From Methanobacteriota archaeon (GTDB taxonomy: Archaea; Halobacteriota; Bog-38; Methanoflorentales; Methanoflorentaceae): a DNA stretch of 64,000 bases. The notes under the pieces were generated by a model. It made no database searches. It was not told the DNA's origin and saw only the letters and a program-made list of their open reading frames with translations. The position numbers and the translations under genes were made by a program. Shown here in pieces: positions 10,510 through 22,024 of this stretch (within the stretch, counting starts at the first letter, position 1; each line of letters begins with the position of its first letter). The DNA lies in assembly GCA_963719035.1 (NCBI GenBank), contig CAVRAO010000012.1, positions 96,001-160,000 on the forward strand, given 5' to 3'.

Positions 10510-11775
10510 ATGCATTCTACGAACTCGCCGCCAGCCTTTCACATTCTCGCGAAACCCACTGGCGCCATCTGCAATCTGAACTGTTCGTATTGCTTTTTCT
10601 TGGCGAAAGAGCACCTCTATCCGGACAGCCGGTTTCGTATGACTCACGAGGTCCCGAATCGTATCTGGATCAGTACCTCTCCGCGCAGCGAATCCCGTAC
10701 GGACGGGTGCATGGCAAGGCGGTGAGCCGACCCTTATGGGGCGCGATTTCTACCGTCGTTCTATCCGTGTGAGCAGAAATACGCACCTTCTGGCATGACC
10801 ATTGAACGCACCTTGCAAACGAACGGCACGCTCTTAGATGAGGAATGGTGCACCTTTCTCCGCGAGCATCACTATCTCGTCGGCCTAAGCCTTGACGGGC
10901 CACAGGAACTACACGATGCCTATCGCGTAGACAAGGCGGACACCCGACGTTTGACCGGGTGCTGCACGCTGCACGTCTGTTGGAAGAACATAAGGTTGAG
11001 TTTAACATTCTGTGCGCAGTTAGTGCTGCCAATGTAACGCATCCCATCGAAGTATACCGGTTCTTCCGCGACGACGTGGGGGCACCGTTCATTCAATTTA
11101 TACCCATCGTCGAGCGGAATAACGAAACGGGCTTCCAAGAAGGGAACACGGTAACGGATCGCTCCGTGACCGCAGAACAATGGGGTCGTTTCCTTATCGC
11201 CATCTTTGATGAATGGGTCACCCGCGACGTCGGTCGCGTGTTCGTGCAGCATTTCGACGCAGCGTTAGGGCGTGGGCAGGGGAGCCGCCTGCCGTCTGCA
11301 TCTTTTCTCCGACCTGCGGCACGGCACTCGCGCTCGAACACAACGGCGACCTCTACTCATGCGATCACTTCGTTGAGCCAAAATACCTGCTGGGCAACAT
11401 CTTGGACACGCCGCTTATCGAACTGGTGTCCTCAGACGCGCAACGTCAGTTCGGACTGAACAAGCGCGACACGCTTCCGCGGTACTGTCAGGAGTGTCCG
11501 GTCCACTTTGCGTGCCACGGGGAATGTCCCAAAAACCGTTTTATAGAGACACCAACGGGTGAATCTGGGCTCAACTACCTCTGCGCGGGCTATCGGGCGT
11601 TTTTACGCGCATGGATCAGCCAATGCGACAGATGACGGCGCTCTGCGGCAGGGGCGTGCACCGGCCGAGGTGATGAGCACCTCCGGCCGCCTGCACCCAC
11701 AGACAAAAGGCAGGCCGCAACGATCCGTGCCCGTGTGGCAGCGGATTGAAGTACCAAATGTCACGGGGAGCGTAA
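10510..11775 (+). CDS. Anaerobic sulfatase-maturating radical SAM enzyme (anSME, SPASM domain plus SEC-C tail), frameshifted
   Basis: [33 protein letters not shown]...CHGECPKNR and [10 protein letters not shown] motifs. Confidence 0.85.
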
Positions 11776-11867
11776 AAGGGGTTTCAAAAGGAAACGGAAT
11801 CTAGCACACTTCAGTGTTGAAGGTGAACGAATTGCTAACGACTTTCAACGTGCGGATAAATATTGTG

Positions 11868-12155
11868 CTAGTATGATAATCTCCCGCGCTCGGCGTTACC
11901 GACTTCGACGAGGATGCTGGCCGAGGCCTGGCCGCGCGTCGCCCAAGGATTGCCGCTGCCGAGCACCGTCACTCCGCATCTCGCCGTCCTCGAGCTTCTC
12001 TTCACCAGGGATAAACATCTCGGCGTATTCCGTCGCGGCACGCCGACGACCGGAGTCGTGGTGATCGCCTTCGTCCCACCCGCAAACACCGGCATAGGCA
12101 GGGACGTGGACTCGGGATCGATCGACTTCGAATCTCTACTACCTGTGTTTTCCAT
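11868..12155 (-). pseudogene. Truncated N-terminus of an RNase Z/AtsA-like MBL-fold hydrolase
   Basis: Across frameshifts reads EMFIPGEEKLEDGEMRVTVLGSGNPWATRGQASASILVEVGN, then stops before any HxHxDH motif. Confidence 0.55.
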
Positions 12156-12597
12156 GAGTAATCGCCTTGTCACGTTATTGTTTAGATTATCGGACTGATG
12201 AAACACGCGTGCCTGCATTAAAGCTTTCCCTGTTTAACTTTATTCGATTTTACGGCGAAAATCACGCCGTGATTGCCAAATTCAAAGAGTCCTTTTCGGA
12301 CCTTCGCTCGAGCGGCAATCCACTTCGTCGCCAAGCGACTACTAATGGCTGACGCTCGCCCAAGCAGAGCGAATCCTTATAGTTAATTGTTCAGTGCCGC
12401 TCACCACCACGAATAACGAACGGCGTGAAAGCCCAACGGCTCTAGCACGGCACGGCGGATAGAGTCCACCTCGTTTGCGCAGCGACGTGATTTGACGCCT
12501 CGCAACCGCTGCGGATTGCGTTAGCAGGGCGCAGCGATGATAAACGATATCTACCAGTCACTATAATGACGTTAGACAATAGGCCAAGCAAAGGAAA

Positions 12598-14282
12598 ATG
12601 GAGCCGAAAATAAGGTCAGAAGTCTGCTCCCAATTCTGAAGTGGCTGCCGAACTATGACTGGAAAGACATTCGCTTCGACGTGATTGCTGGCATCGCCGT
12701 CGCAGGCCTGGTAATCCCCGAATCGATGGGCATCGCCGGTGTGGCAGGAGTCGAGCCGCAGCACGGCCTTTACGCAGCTCTTATAGCACTTTTTCTGTAC
12801 GCCATCTTTGGTTCCGGACGTCGCTCGGCAGTTAATGCCGTTAGCGCTATGGCTCTTCTCACCGCCACGGCCATCGCCACCATGGCCCTCACCAGATACG
12901 AGGATGTGCTCGCGGCGGTCGTGACTATCACGTTCCTTACTGGCATCATCCTGCTCATCATGGCGGTTTTGCGCATCGGATGGTTGGCTAATTTCATCTC
13001 CTATCCGGTTGTGAAGGGGTTCTTGTTCGGCCTGTCATTGACGATCATCATCGGCCAGGTGCCTAAGCTTCTTGGCGTGGCAAAAGGGGAAGGAAACTTC
13101 TTCGCGCAACTGTGGGATATTATCGGAGCGCTCAGGCCAGGCGAGCCTGGTGACCCTGGGCCTGTCCGTAATCGCGGTGATCATCCTCTACGTGCTTCAA
13201 GAGCGTTTCAAGAGTGTCCCAGGCGTGCTGCTACTCTTTGTCATAGGTCTTGGGGCCTCTTATATTTTGAATTGGGAGTCTATTGGGGTTGCGTTGGTGG
13301 GAAGCATCCCTGCCAGGGTCCCTTCGTTTTCAGTCCCGGGCTTGAATCCCGATCTGATATTCATTGCCATACCCGCCGCTATCGGCATCACCTTCGTATC
13401 TTTTCGCAATCAGTGGTCGTCGGGGATGAGGTGTCAGAGAGGCACAACGAAGAGGTGGATTACAACCAAGAGTTGGTAGCAATGGCAGCAGCCAACATCG
13501 GCGCGAGCTTCACCCAAGGAATAGGAACGGGGGTGGGCCATATCCACCCTCTAACGTGGGCGACAACAGTGGCTCCAAGTCCCAAATGACTCTGATCGTG
13601 GCCGGACTAGCGGTGGCGGTCTCTTTGCTCTTCCTGACAGGGGTGTTCTACTATCTCCCTGAGTTCATTCTGGGTGTCATCGTCATCTTCGCCGTGAAGG
13701 GGGCGTTGAAGGTGCGCCTGATGGCCAGCTATTATAGGACGCTGCGCAGTGACTTCTATGCGGCCATGCTAGCGCTGTTTGGGGTGCTGTTTTTCCAGGT
13801 GCTGGTGGGCCTGTTGTTTGCAGTCATCATCTCCATAGGGGTGATCATCTGGCGGATTAGCTCGGAAAGCGGCTCCTTACTGGGACAGATGCCTGACGGC
13901 CGGTTGCACGGCTCTCAGCCTGCACCCGGAGGCTAAGGAGATAGAAGGAGTGAAAATCATTCAGTTGAACGTAGCCATTTTCTATGCCAACGCGCCCGTA
14001 ATCAAGACACGCTTGCTAAATCTGATCAGAGAGGATCCCCGGCCGAAGCTGTTAATCATAGATATGGGAGCCCACAACTTCATGTTCGGAATCAGTGTGA
14101 CTCGTGCCCTTGAGAAGGTGGTCAGGGAGGCGCAGGAGAGGGGTGTGACGGTGACGTTCGTTGACGTGAATAAATTGACAATGGGTGATATGGAAAAGCA
14201 GGGATTGGTTGAATTGATTGGCAGGGATCGTTTTAAGGACACAATCCAAGAGGCTCTGCTCGACATAGGAGGGAAGTCTTAA
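12598..14282 (+). CDS. SulP/SLC26 anion (sulfate) transporter with STAS domain, frameshifted
   Basis: DVIAG...IPESMG.A..AG..P..GLY, DYNQEL.A and IFYANA STAS motifs. Confidence 0.85.
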
Positions 14283-14554
14283 GCTGAGGCCGCTGACTGC
14301 TCCGCGAATTGACTTTAAATCTCTGTCTTATCACGTCTATGGTACAGCTGACATATTAGGGGAGAAGGGGGAGAGAATTATTTCGAAAACCAGCAAGTGT
14401 AAGTCTTTTGTTACAGCGTGCACGCAGCCACAGGATAGTGTTTGAAACAGAGGGCCTTTTTATACAATTTCAAGCGATGTGACAACTATGTTATATCACA
14501 GGCGACCGGGCTTGGAAGCTCAATTAATCGATAAAAGAACACTAAGCTAGTATT

Positions 14555-15886
14555 ATGAGTAACGGGAACACACAGCAAGGCCCTACGGGTCAGCAGCAAC
14601 TGCAAACGTATGCAAAAAAGAGGGCGGAAGTTGATCTATCCTGACGTTGTCATCCTTCTCGTTGGCGGCGTATTCTTCCTCCTTTCCGGGCTGCTTCTGT
14701 TTCCAATCAGCCGGTGCGCTCCCCTATAGCAAGGACGGCAGTGTACAGGGCTTTTCGTGGTGCTTATCTCCATGCAAATCATCACGATGGGCAAGACCCA
14801 GTTTTGGCGATCTCCTTCGTTCGTGGATCGTGGTGATAATTGGATTAGTCACCGCAGTTCTGGGGACGTTGGCCATTTCCTTTCCCGGATATCTGACAGT
14901 GCTGATTCAAGGACTCGCTGGCTTGATCCTTTTGGCCCTAGGGATCCTGGGTCTGCTGCAATTGTATGCTTCTGAAGAAAAAGCAAGAACGTGGATGAAA
15001 GCTCCGGAATACTGCGGCACCTGACCGTTGCTTGCAGCGTTCTGAATGTTGTTGAGATAATCCTAGGCGCAATCACGCTCAGTCCCCGGTCCCGTGTCCT
15101 ATTCGTTGACGGCTGTGATACTCATAATCTTTGGCATCAGTTTATTCAATCTGGCGACATGGTGTATTCACAAGATTACCAGCTCGTATAGTCCTGAAGA
15201 AACACGTCATATCCTTAAAGAGACAAGTAAGCCTGCGCGTGAATAAATGACCTCAGAAAATCCCCCCTCACAACACAGCTTCATCTTGGCCCGGGAGGTA
15301 TCCCTCCCTGTAGGAAATTCATTCAGCGTCTTCCAAGGGGTTCTCATGATTCTCCTTGGATCCCTGATTCTGCTCAGGGTTCTGGGCGTTTTCCCACCGC
15401 TTAATGCGGATAGCGAGCTTGGTCTGTTGCTGGTATTGACGTCCCTTCAAATGCTGGCCTTGGGGGAGGTCGTGGGAAGCCATTTGACGCGCTCGTGGTT
15501 GTCTGGTCACTTATTGGAATGGTGTTTGCCGCACTGGGAATTTTTTGCATCGTATCGTTCCTCAAAATTAAGCCGACATGATTGAGCCACTCCTCGGAAT
15601 TCAAAACCTCATCACGGGAATAGTGCTTTTAACAACACAGATCATTGCTCCAACACTTTACGGAATAGAAAACCTCCGCCCAAAAGATCAAGCTTTCCCC
15701 TATTATCAAAAAAATGTACGTTGTTATAACAATAACAAGCATCGTCATAATTCTGTTTGGGATCAACACGCTCGCCACTCCTCCTTCCAAGTCTGTTAGG
15801 GAACTTTGTATATGTGCTAATCCTCCCGGTACTTGTCATAATTATGGGGTTGCTTACATTTTACAGGGGTCTCTTCTCAGAAGTTA
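14555..15886 (+). CDS. Multi-pass membrane protein, heavily frameshifted
   Basis: Internally repeated hydrophobic segments (Q..MGKTP/RSW and Q.LALGE..RSW) in alternating frames. Confidence 0.5.
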
Positions 15887-16002
15887 GTGCGAGGGCTCCA
15901 AAAAAAGGAAACCGACACTGCAGCCAACCTGGCAGCGTAAAACCTCACCGTATGTGGAATTTACAGACGAACATATAAGGTTGAGAAGACTATTTTGCGC
16001 TT

Positions 16003-16404
16003 ATGAAAAAGAAGATCAAAGGCATCGCTCGCGATGCATTGAAATTTATTTTAGAAGTGAGTTCATCCTTCTCACCCTAAAAAGATTCATGGGGATGCTA
16101 TCTGAGACTAATCAGATTCATAACCGATGTAGATGTTCCTGTCGCGGAGTCTTCACACGTGAATGAGGTCATGGATTTGTTCACGTTGCCCGTTGATACA
16201 CATATTGTGGGATCGGTCCGCAGCCATCCAGCTGGGGGGCTCGAACCGTCGGAAACAGATATTCGCATGTTTATGCAAAATGGCGGCGATTATCATATCA
16301 TCGTTTGTTATCCTTATGAAATCACGAGCTGGGCTTGTTATGACAGAATCGGCAATCTGAGACAACTCGATGTGCTTGACGTTAAATGTGAAGAAAGCCG
16401 GTAG
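16003..16404 (+). CDS. Mov34/MPN/JAMM-family protein, frameshifted
   Basis: MKKKIKGIARDALKFILE start; GSV(R)SHP...PSETD JAMM-like motif. Confidence 0.7.
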
Positions 16405-16608
16405 CTAGAGACATAGAAGAGTTTTTGGGTGACGACAATAGTTAGGGTGTGAGTTTTTCTATGTTGCTGGAAAGCTTCAATCGACAGCTATCTTAATATT
16501 CGTTGTTGGTTGAATAATCGGCCTCATCCGGTTCTTCATTTATTGTTATTCTTAGAGCTCTCAACAGAGCGCAACGCCGCATATTCCACAGCAGCGCGAA
16601 GGCTGCAG

Positions 16609-18972
16609 CTAATCCCTCATAATCCACCCCATAACTTCTTTCTCGTGGTCCACGAATGGCTCACCGGCAACGTCCACCACTACTCTGTCAATGGTTCCGC
16701 CGGTGAAAGTGAAAGGCGGCGCATAGTCTGGCGAGACCGGAGACGCACTGTCGCGACCAACGCACAGCCCTTCGCCCACGAGGCTAAAGTAGCCCGGTTG
16801 CGTCTTAATCTCGGACTGCCCCACTTGCTCGGTATCAACAAAGAGGGTGAGCGTGCCGAGGGTGCTCCTGGTCTGCGGGTCTTGGGCCGTCCTGCCGAAT
16901 TCAGCAGTGAAGACGTGCCGTCCAGTGCCAATCTCAACGTTTGAGGTGATCTTTTGAATGTCTTCCCCGAGCCAATTGTAGACATAGTGGAGCCTCTTGT
17001 CCTTGATGTATAAGGTGTGGCCACCCATGAGGTGACCTTGGGCGAAGAGCACACCAGCCGCCTCAATAGTATCAACTACAACGGCTGCGGCTATCGTGTA
17101 TGAACGTCCACGGATGTTAACTGCGACGCTCTCAGAGACGTCCGCGGTGTTGGGATAGTAGATATAGCGGTCTCGTGGCTTTGCTGGTTGTGGGCGCTCT
17201 GTCATCATAATTTCAAGCGGCGTCCGATCATCAAGTGGCAGTGCGTTGTAGACGCCGGCGAAGTAGTTCCATAGACCCTTGAGGAGTTCCAGTTTATCGG
17301 GATATTGGCTAGAGATATTGTTCATTTGCGCCCGATCCTCCTGAAGGTTGTACAGCTCCCATACGTCGAGGGCGAAATTTCCCCATCCTGAGATAGGGGG
17401 GTGCACCGTGTTCGCCAGCCACCCCTGATGGTAGATGGCGCGCTGGCCGAGCATAGAATAGAACTGGGTCTCCTTTTCCGGCGCACTCGGATCGTCACTG
17501 GTGTGCTTGAAGCTTTCGCCCTCAATGGGGCTCTGCGTGTATCCGTTGAGCACTGCGGGCGGTTCTATACCAAGCAGGTCGTAGATGGTAGGCACAACGT
17601 CGATAGCGTGAATGTACTGGTGTCGCACTTCACTTCGTGCCGGAACTCCTTGTGGCCACGCGACGAGGCACATGTCTGCAGTCCCCCCTTCGTAGCCTGC
17701 AAAGCGCTTCCAGTAAGGGAAAGGCGTATCGAAGGCCCACGCCCAGCCTGTATTGTAGTGGTTGTAGGTCGATGGGCTTCCCAGTTCTTCAATATGCTTT
17801 ATGTTCTCTTCTATCGTGTCAGGAACATTGTTAAAGAATTTAACTTCATTAACGGAACCGTTCGGACCGCCCTCCCCGCTCGCGCCGTTGTCGGAGGCGA
17901 CGACGACGATCGTGTTGTCAAGCTGACCCGACTCCTCGAGGTAATCGAGCAGGCGACCAATATGGTGATCGGTATACGATATAAACCCTGCATACACCTC
18001 AGCCATGCGAATAAACATCCTCTTCTCATCGTCGGACAGCGAATCCCATGGGCGAACCCAATCAAGCATGGGCCACGGCTTACCATCCGGACTAGAGTAG
18101 TGAGGCTCTCCGTGCGGGTTGATCGGCGAGAGGCTCGTGTTCTCTGGCAATATCCCCATCTTCTTTTGGTTGGCAAGGATCGCCTCACGCATCGCCTGGT
18201 AGCCCATGTCAAATTTGCCCTTGTACTTGTCAGCCCACTCCTTGAAGACGTGGTGCGGTGCGTGCGCACAGCCGGGGCAGAAATACATGAAGAACGGCTT
18301 GTCCGGCGCGACCACCTTGGCGTCTCTGATGAACTCTATGGCTTTGTCGACGAGATCCTTAGAAAGGTGATATCCGTCCTCAGGTGCGTACGGCTGGTCG
18401 ATGGGGTGGTTATCGTAGATGAGATCAGGGTACCACTGGTTCGTCTCCCCGCCCATAAACCCGTAGAAGCGTTCAAACCCGCGCCCGAGCGGCCAGCGAT
18501 GCTTCCATGCAGAGGCATCTTCCTCCTCTGCGGGGGTCAAATGCCATTTCCCCACGGCGTAGGTATTCCACCCTCGCTCGTTTAGGACTTCAGCGATCGT
18601 CCCATTCTCGAAGGGTATGCGCCCGCTGCTCCCCGGAAATCCATTCGTCCCTTCGGTAATACACGCCATGTTGTTGCTGGTCGCGTTTCGTCCTGTCATT
18701 AGGCATGAGCGCGTCGGTGAGCACAGCGCGGTGGTGTGGAAATTTGAATAGCGCAGTCCCATCTCTGCGATGCGACGCATCGTGGGCGTCTCGATGGGCC
18801 CGCCAAAGACGTCCATCGCCGAGTATCCAACATCATCCCAGATGATGAAGAGGACGTTCGGTGCGTTCTCCGGTGCGGTGGGCTGCACGAACGGCGTCCA
18901 GTCAGGAGTCGCCTCGCGGATATCGACGGCCAATTTGCCCTTCCACGGTTCAGGCATCGTGTGCCACCTCAA
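16609..18972 (-). CDS. Formylglycine-dependent arylsulfatase (intact)
   Basis: PNVLFIIWDD, CSPTRSCLMTGR, GKWHL and SDNG motifs; C-terminal beta domain. Confidence 0.92.
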   Translation of the reverse strand: MRWHTMPEPWKGKLAVDIREATPDWTPFVQPTAPENAPNVLFIIWDDVGYSAMDVFGGPIETPTMRRIAEMGLRYSNFHTTALCSPTRSCLMTGRNATSNNMACITEGTNGFPGSSGRIPFENGTIAEVLNERGWNTYAVGKWHLTPAEEEDASAWKHRWPLGRGFERFYGFMGGETNQWYPDLIYDNHPIDQPYAPEDGYHLSKDLVDKAIEFIRDAKVVAPDKPFFMYFCPGCAHAPHHVFKEWADKYKGKFDMGYQAMREAILANQKKMGILPENTSLSPINPHGEPHYSSPDGKPWPMLDWVRPWDSLSDDEKRMFIRMAEVYAGFISYTDHHIGRLLDYLEESGQLDNTIVVVASDNGASGEGGPNGSVNEVKFFNNVPDTIEENIKHIEELGSPSTYNHYNTGWAWAFDTPFPYWKRFAGYEGGTADMCLVAWPQGVPARSEVRHQYIHAIDVVPTIYDLLGIEPPAVLNGYTQSPIEGESFKHTSDDPSAPEKETQFYSMLGQRAIYHQGWLANTVHPPISGWGNFALDVWELYNLQEDRAQMNNISSQYPDKLELLKGLWNYFAGVYNALPLDDRTPLEIMMTERPQPAKPRDRYIYYPNTADVSESVAVNIRGRSYTIAAAVVVDTIEAAGVLFAQGHLMGGHTLYIKDKRLHYVYNWLGEDIQKITSNVEIGTGRHVFTAEFGRTAQDPQTRSTLGTLTLFVDTEQVGQSEIKTQPGYFSLVGEGLCVGRDSASPVSPDYAPPFTFTGGTIDRVVVDVAGEPFVDHEKEVMGWIMRD

Positions 18973-19439
18973 GTGAAAATGGGGCTGCTTTTAACAGTGC
19001 AGTTGTTTTGGGTGCATTTGTATTCATTTTCAATCCCTCCAGATGAGAGGTATAACGGCTGCGGTAATGATAGCCCACGAATGTTATAAGAGTTTTGTAA
19101 CAAATGATTCTTTGCTGAAGCCCATAGGACTTGCCGGAAAGCGTTTTCGACGTCAATCGTTATGAGTCGCCACCAAAATCAGATTAAGCTTTTCAAATAG
19201 CATTTCGGCAATCACTTTTGGCGTGTTAGGCTTTAAATCGCTTACTTAAGTGGTGAGGCCTATCAAATCATGCCCAACAGCGGAATTATCCATTTCTTCC
19301 GACAACATAATATAGGACGGGTTTTTGACAGCGTGAAATCGGAAGAAATAAAGTAAAGACAAACAATGAGGCTGCAAAATTGCTATAAACACTCAAGGAC
19401 TCACAACTTGATAAACAACTCTTTTAGAGAAATGAGAGT

Positions 19440-20741
19440 ATGACAGGTCCAGAAACACCAGAAAACGCTGCAGAGTGCCCACCTGAACCTAAAAAAGGCG
19501 ATCGCGTTCCAAGGTTCCCCCTGATTATATTCATCGCTCTTATTGCCGTCGCTTTCTCACTGGTTTGGTTTGCAGCAGTACAGCTCCTACATACGTCTTT
19601 TTGGAAAAGTGATTTTGTCATTGCCAACCGCTGGATGATCCCGGTCGGCGTCCTCTTCTTTTCGCTGCTCGTCGGGCTCTGTGGGAAGTACCTGCGCGCC
19701 CCAAACGTAATTAACGGAGGCTTCGAAGTTGTTTTGAAGGGGGAGCGTCTTGATTACACCACTTTTCCCGGCACGCTGCTTACGTCCTTCTTTTCGCTGC
19801 TCTCAGGAGCGGCCATCGGTCCTGAAGCCCCCCTAACCTTTCTTGTGGTTGAAATCGCCGAATGGATTGGTGATAAGGTCAAGCTGGCTGAAGAGACGAG
19901 GCTCGGCTTCATAATGGCGGGAATTGCCGCGGCGTTCAATGGCCTCTTTGGCAACCCCCTCTTCTCGGCGGTCTTCGCCACCGAATTGCAGGAGGATAAA
20001 GGAAGCATACGTTTCCTCGCGTGGAACCTGGTTGCCGGGGCCATTGGTTACGCGCTTTTTTCGTTGATTGGGTTCCCAGCATTCGCCAGCAGCCTCCCCA
20101 TGACACCGGTCACTGCGATCACGCTGCCGTACGCGATCTTTGCGATCGTTCTTGGCACCATTGGGTCCATTTTGGCGATTTTCATCGGCATATCATTCAA
20201 AGGATTCGGCACAATCATGGATAAGGTGTTCAAGGATCGGTTAATGGCGCGCATCATGGTTGCTGGCGTGATTATCGCCGTCGTCGTTTACTTTGTCCCC
20301 GAAGTTATGTTCTCAGGCGAAGCTGAAATCCACACGATAGCCGCTAACCCGGCAGCATACGGCGTACTGGTTCTACTTGGCTTCGCCATTCTTAAGGTCC
20401 TCCTCCTTGCGCTTTCATACAAGGCGGGGTATCTCGGAGGGCCCATCTTTCCGACGATGTTCGCTGCCATCATGATAGCCCTTGCCATCAACCTGGTGTT
20501 CCCGAGCGTGCCAGCCGGTTTGCTCGTAACGTGTATCGTGACAGCAGCGATCACGTTCGCTTTGGGCGTCCCATTTACTGCCATCTTGCTTACCGTTACC
20601 TTTGTGACGTCTACCACACAAGAGCTTGGATATATCGCCCTCGCCGCTGCGACCGCGCTTGTCATCGGAGCGGCTTTTAAGGAGCGGATGAGCCGACGTG
20701 GCGCGCGTCAAGGTGATTCTGCGGACGATGGCCCGGTCTGA
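19440..20741 (+). CDS. CLC-family chloride channel/transporter
   Basis: GAAIGPEAP and GGPIFP CLC motifs. Confidence 0.85.
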   Translation: MTGPETPENAAECPPEPKKGDRVPRFPLIIFIALIAVAFSLVWFAAVQLLHTSFWKSDFVIANRWMIPVGVLFFSLLVGLCGKYLRAPNVINGGFEVVLKGERLDYTTFPGTLLTSFFSLLSGAAIGPEAPLTFLVVEIAEWIGDKVKLAEETRLGFIMAGIAAAFNGLFGNPLFSAVFATELQEDKGSIRFLAWNLVAGAIGYALFSLIGFPAFASSLPMTPVTAITLPYAIFAIVLGTIGSILAIFIGISFKGFGTIMDKVFKDRLMARIMVAGVIIAVVVYFVPEVMFSGEAEIHTIAANPAAYGVLVLLGFAILKVLLLALSYKAGYLGGPIFPTMFAAIMIALAINLVFPSVPAGLLVTCIVTAAITFALGVPFTAILLTVTFVTSTTQELGYIALAAATALVIGAAFKERMSRRGARQGDSADDGPV

Positions 20742-20925
20742 CTGCGTAGGTTCTCAAAAATCTTCCCTTTTACTAAACAGGAGGCAGCGTCAAGCTTCCG
20801 GCGCTAAGCTTTCCCTGTTTTGTGACGAAGGGCTTGCGACACGATAACCGTCCAGCGTTTATGATACGTCGATTAACGCCTTTTTGTGAGGGGAAAAAAC
20901 TACAAAAACTGAGCGAAAATAATAC

Positions 20926-21135
20926 CTAAGTCAAATCTTCAATCGGCCCACCACATCGAATGCAACCTTCACTACCCCCCTCCCTATAACATTCAATACA
21001 AAATGACGTTTCACATTTTGAGCACTTAAGGCGCGGGCCCACGAGTTTTTTTCCACACCGACTACATGTAACATTTACGCTCCCCGAGCGTTGACTGCCA
21101 AAAACTGAAAACCAGTCCTTCCAAGACATCTTCAT
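20926..21135 (-). CDS. Small Cys-rich zinc-finger protein
   Basis: Four CxxC pairs; N-terminal amphipathic SWKDWFSVFG. Confidence 0.65.
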   Translation of the reverse strand: MKMSWKDWFSVFGSQRSGSVNVTCSRCGKKLVGPRLKCSKCETSFCIECYREGGSEGCIRCGGPIEDLT

Positions 21136-21309
21136 CGCCGGCCTAAAATGATGTCGCGATATATTTAAAAGTAGGTTTTCCGGTCAAACCCGTGCGATTG
21201 CTATCACAAATTCCAAAAACGTAATTCAAGACAAAGCGAATACATCCGGAAAATACCGCGAACGGAGAAACAAAGCAAATATAAAAAAAAGAAGGGTGGG
21301 GTTACACCC

Positions 21310-21846
21310 TTACACCCATCTAGCCAAAAAGCCTGACACTAGCAACTCTAAGCCGAAGATTATCAGGAACACTGCCGTGAGTGCTACCATCGTCCACCCG
21401 CCGATAACGGGGTTTATCATCACGATAAAACCGGCGATAACGCCCAGTATACCGACGATTATAGCTCCAGGTGTGCCACGCGTCATGCTCGCCAAACCGG
21501 CAAACAACAGCCCGAGGCCCAGTAGGAAGATGATCGTAAATATCCCAAGCAAGATATTTCCGATTATCATTGCGGCGATAGCGATCTCTATAATTGACAA
21601 GATCAGGTTGAGAAGTCGTTGCCATCCGCTAATACCGTGATCAAAGATCCGCACGAATGACAGAATTCCAAGGACAATCAGAGCAATTGCTAGAAAAGTT
21701 GCGAGCGTTGCCAATGCTATTCCTGGATATGCAAGAACATACCCGCCGAGTGCAATGACGATAATGCCTGCGATGATTTCAGCGATTCGCACCCACATAG
21801 AAGTCTTTTTTTCATCAGCTGCCATAATTTCCATTTCAATTTTCAC
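21310..21846 (-). CDS. HdeD/DUF308-like membrane protein (paralog 2; start probably 21834 or 21825)
   Basis: Clearly homologous to 5663-6175 (DEKKTSMW.RI.EI..G...GISGW.RLLN). Confidence 0.75.
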   Translation of the reverse strand: MKIEMEIMAADEKKTSMWVRIAEIIAGIIVIALGGYVLAYPGIALATLATFLAIALIVLGILSFVRIFDHGISGWQRLLNLILSIIEIAIAAMIIGNILLGIFTIIFLLGLGLLFAGLASMTRGTPGAIIVGILGVIAGFIVMINPVIGGWTMVALTAVFLIIFGLELLVSGFLARWV

Positions 21847-22024
21847 CTCCTATCCGTTAAACATGAAATATTATCCCTCTCTAAGTATTTAACCCGCTCG
21901 AAATGAAAACAATAGCGAACGGAGAAACGGAAGCCGCAGTCAAAAAAGGGGCGGGGGCAGGTTAGAATACCCTCTCACCATGGCCATTCGTGACTCCAAT
22001 TCGGCCCCCGCGCTCGTTTATCTC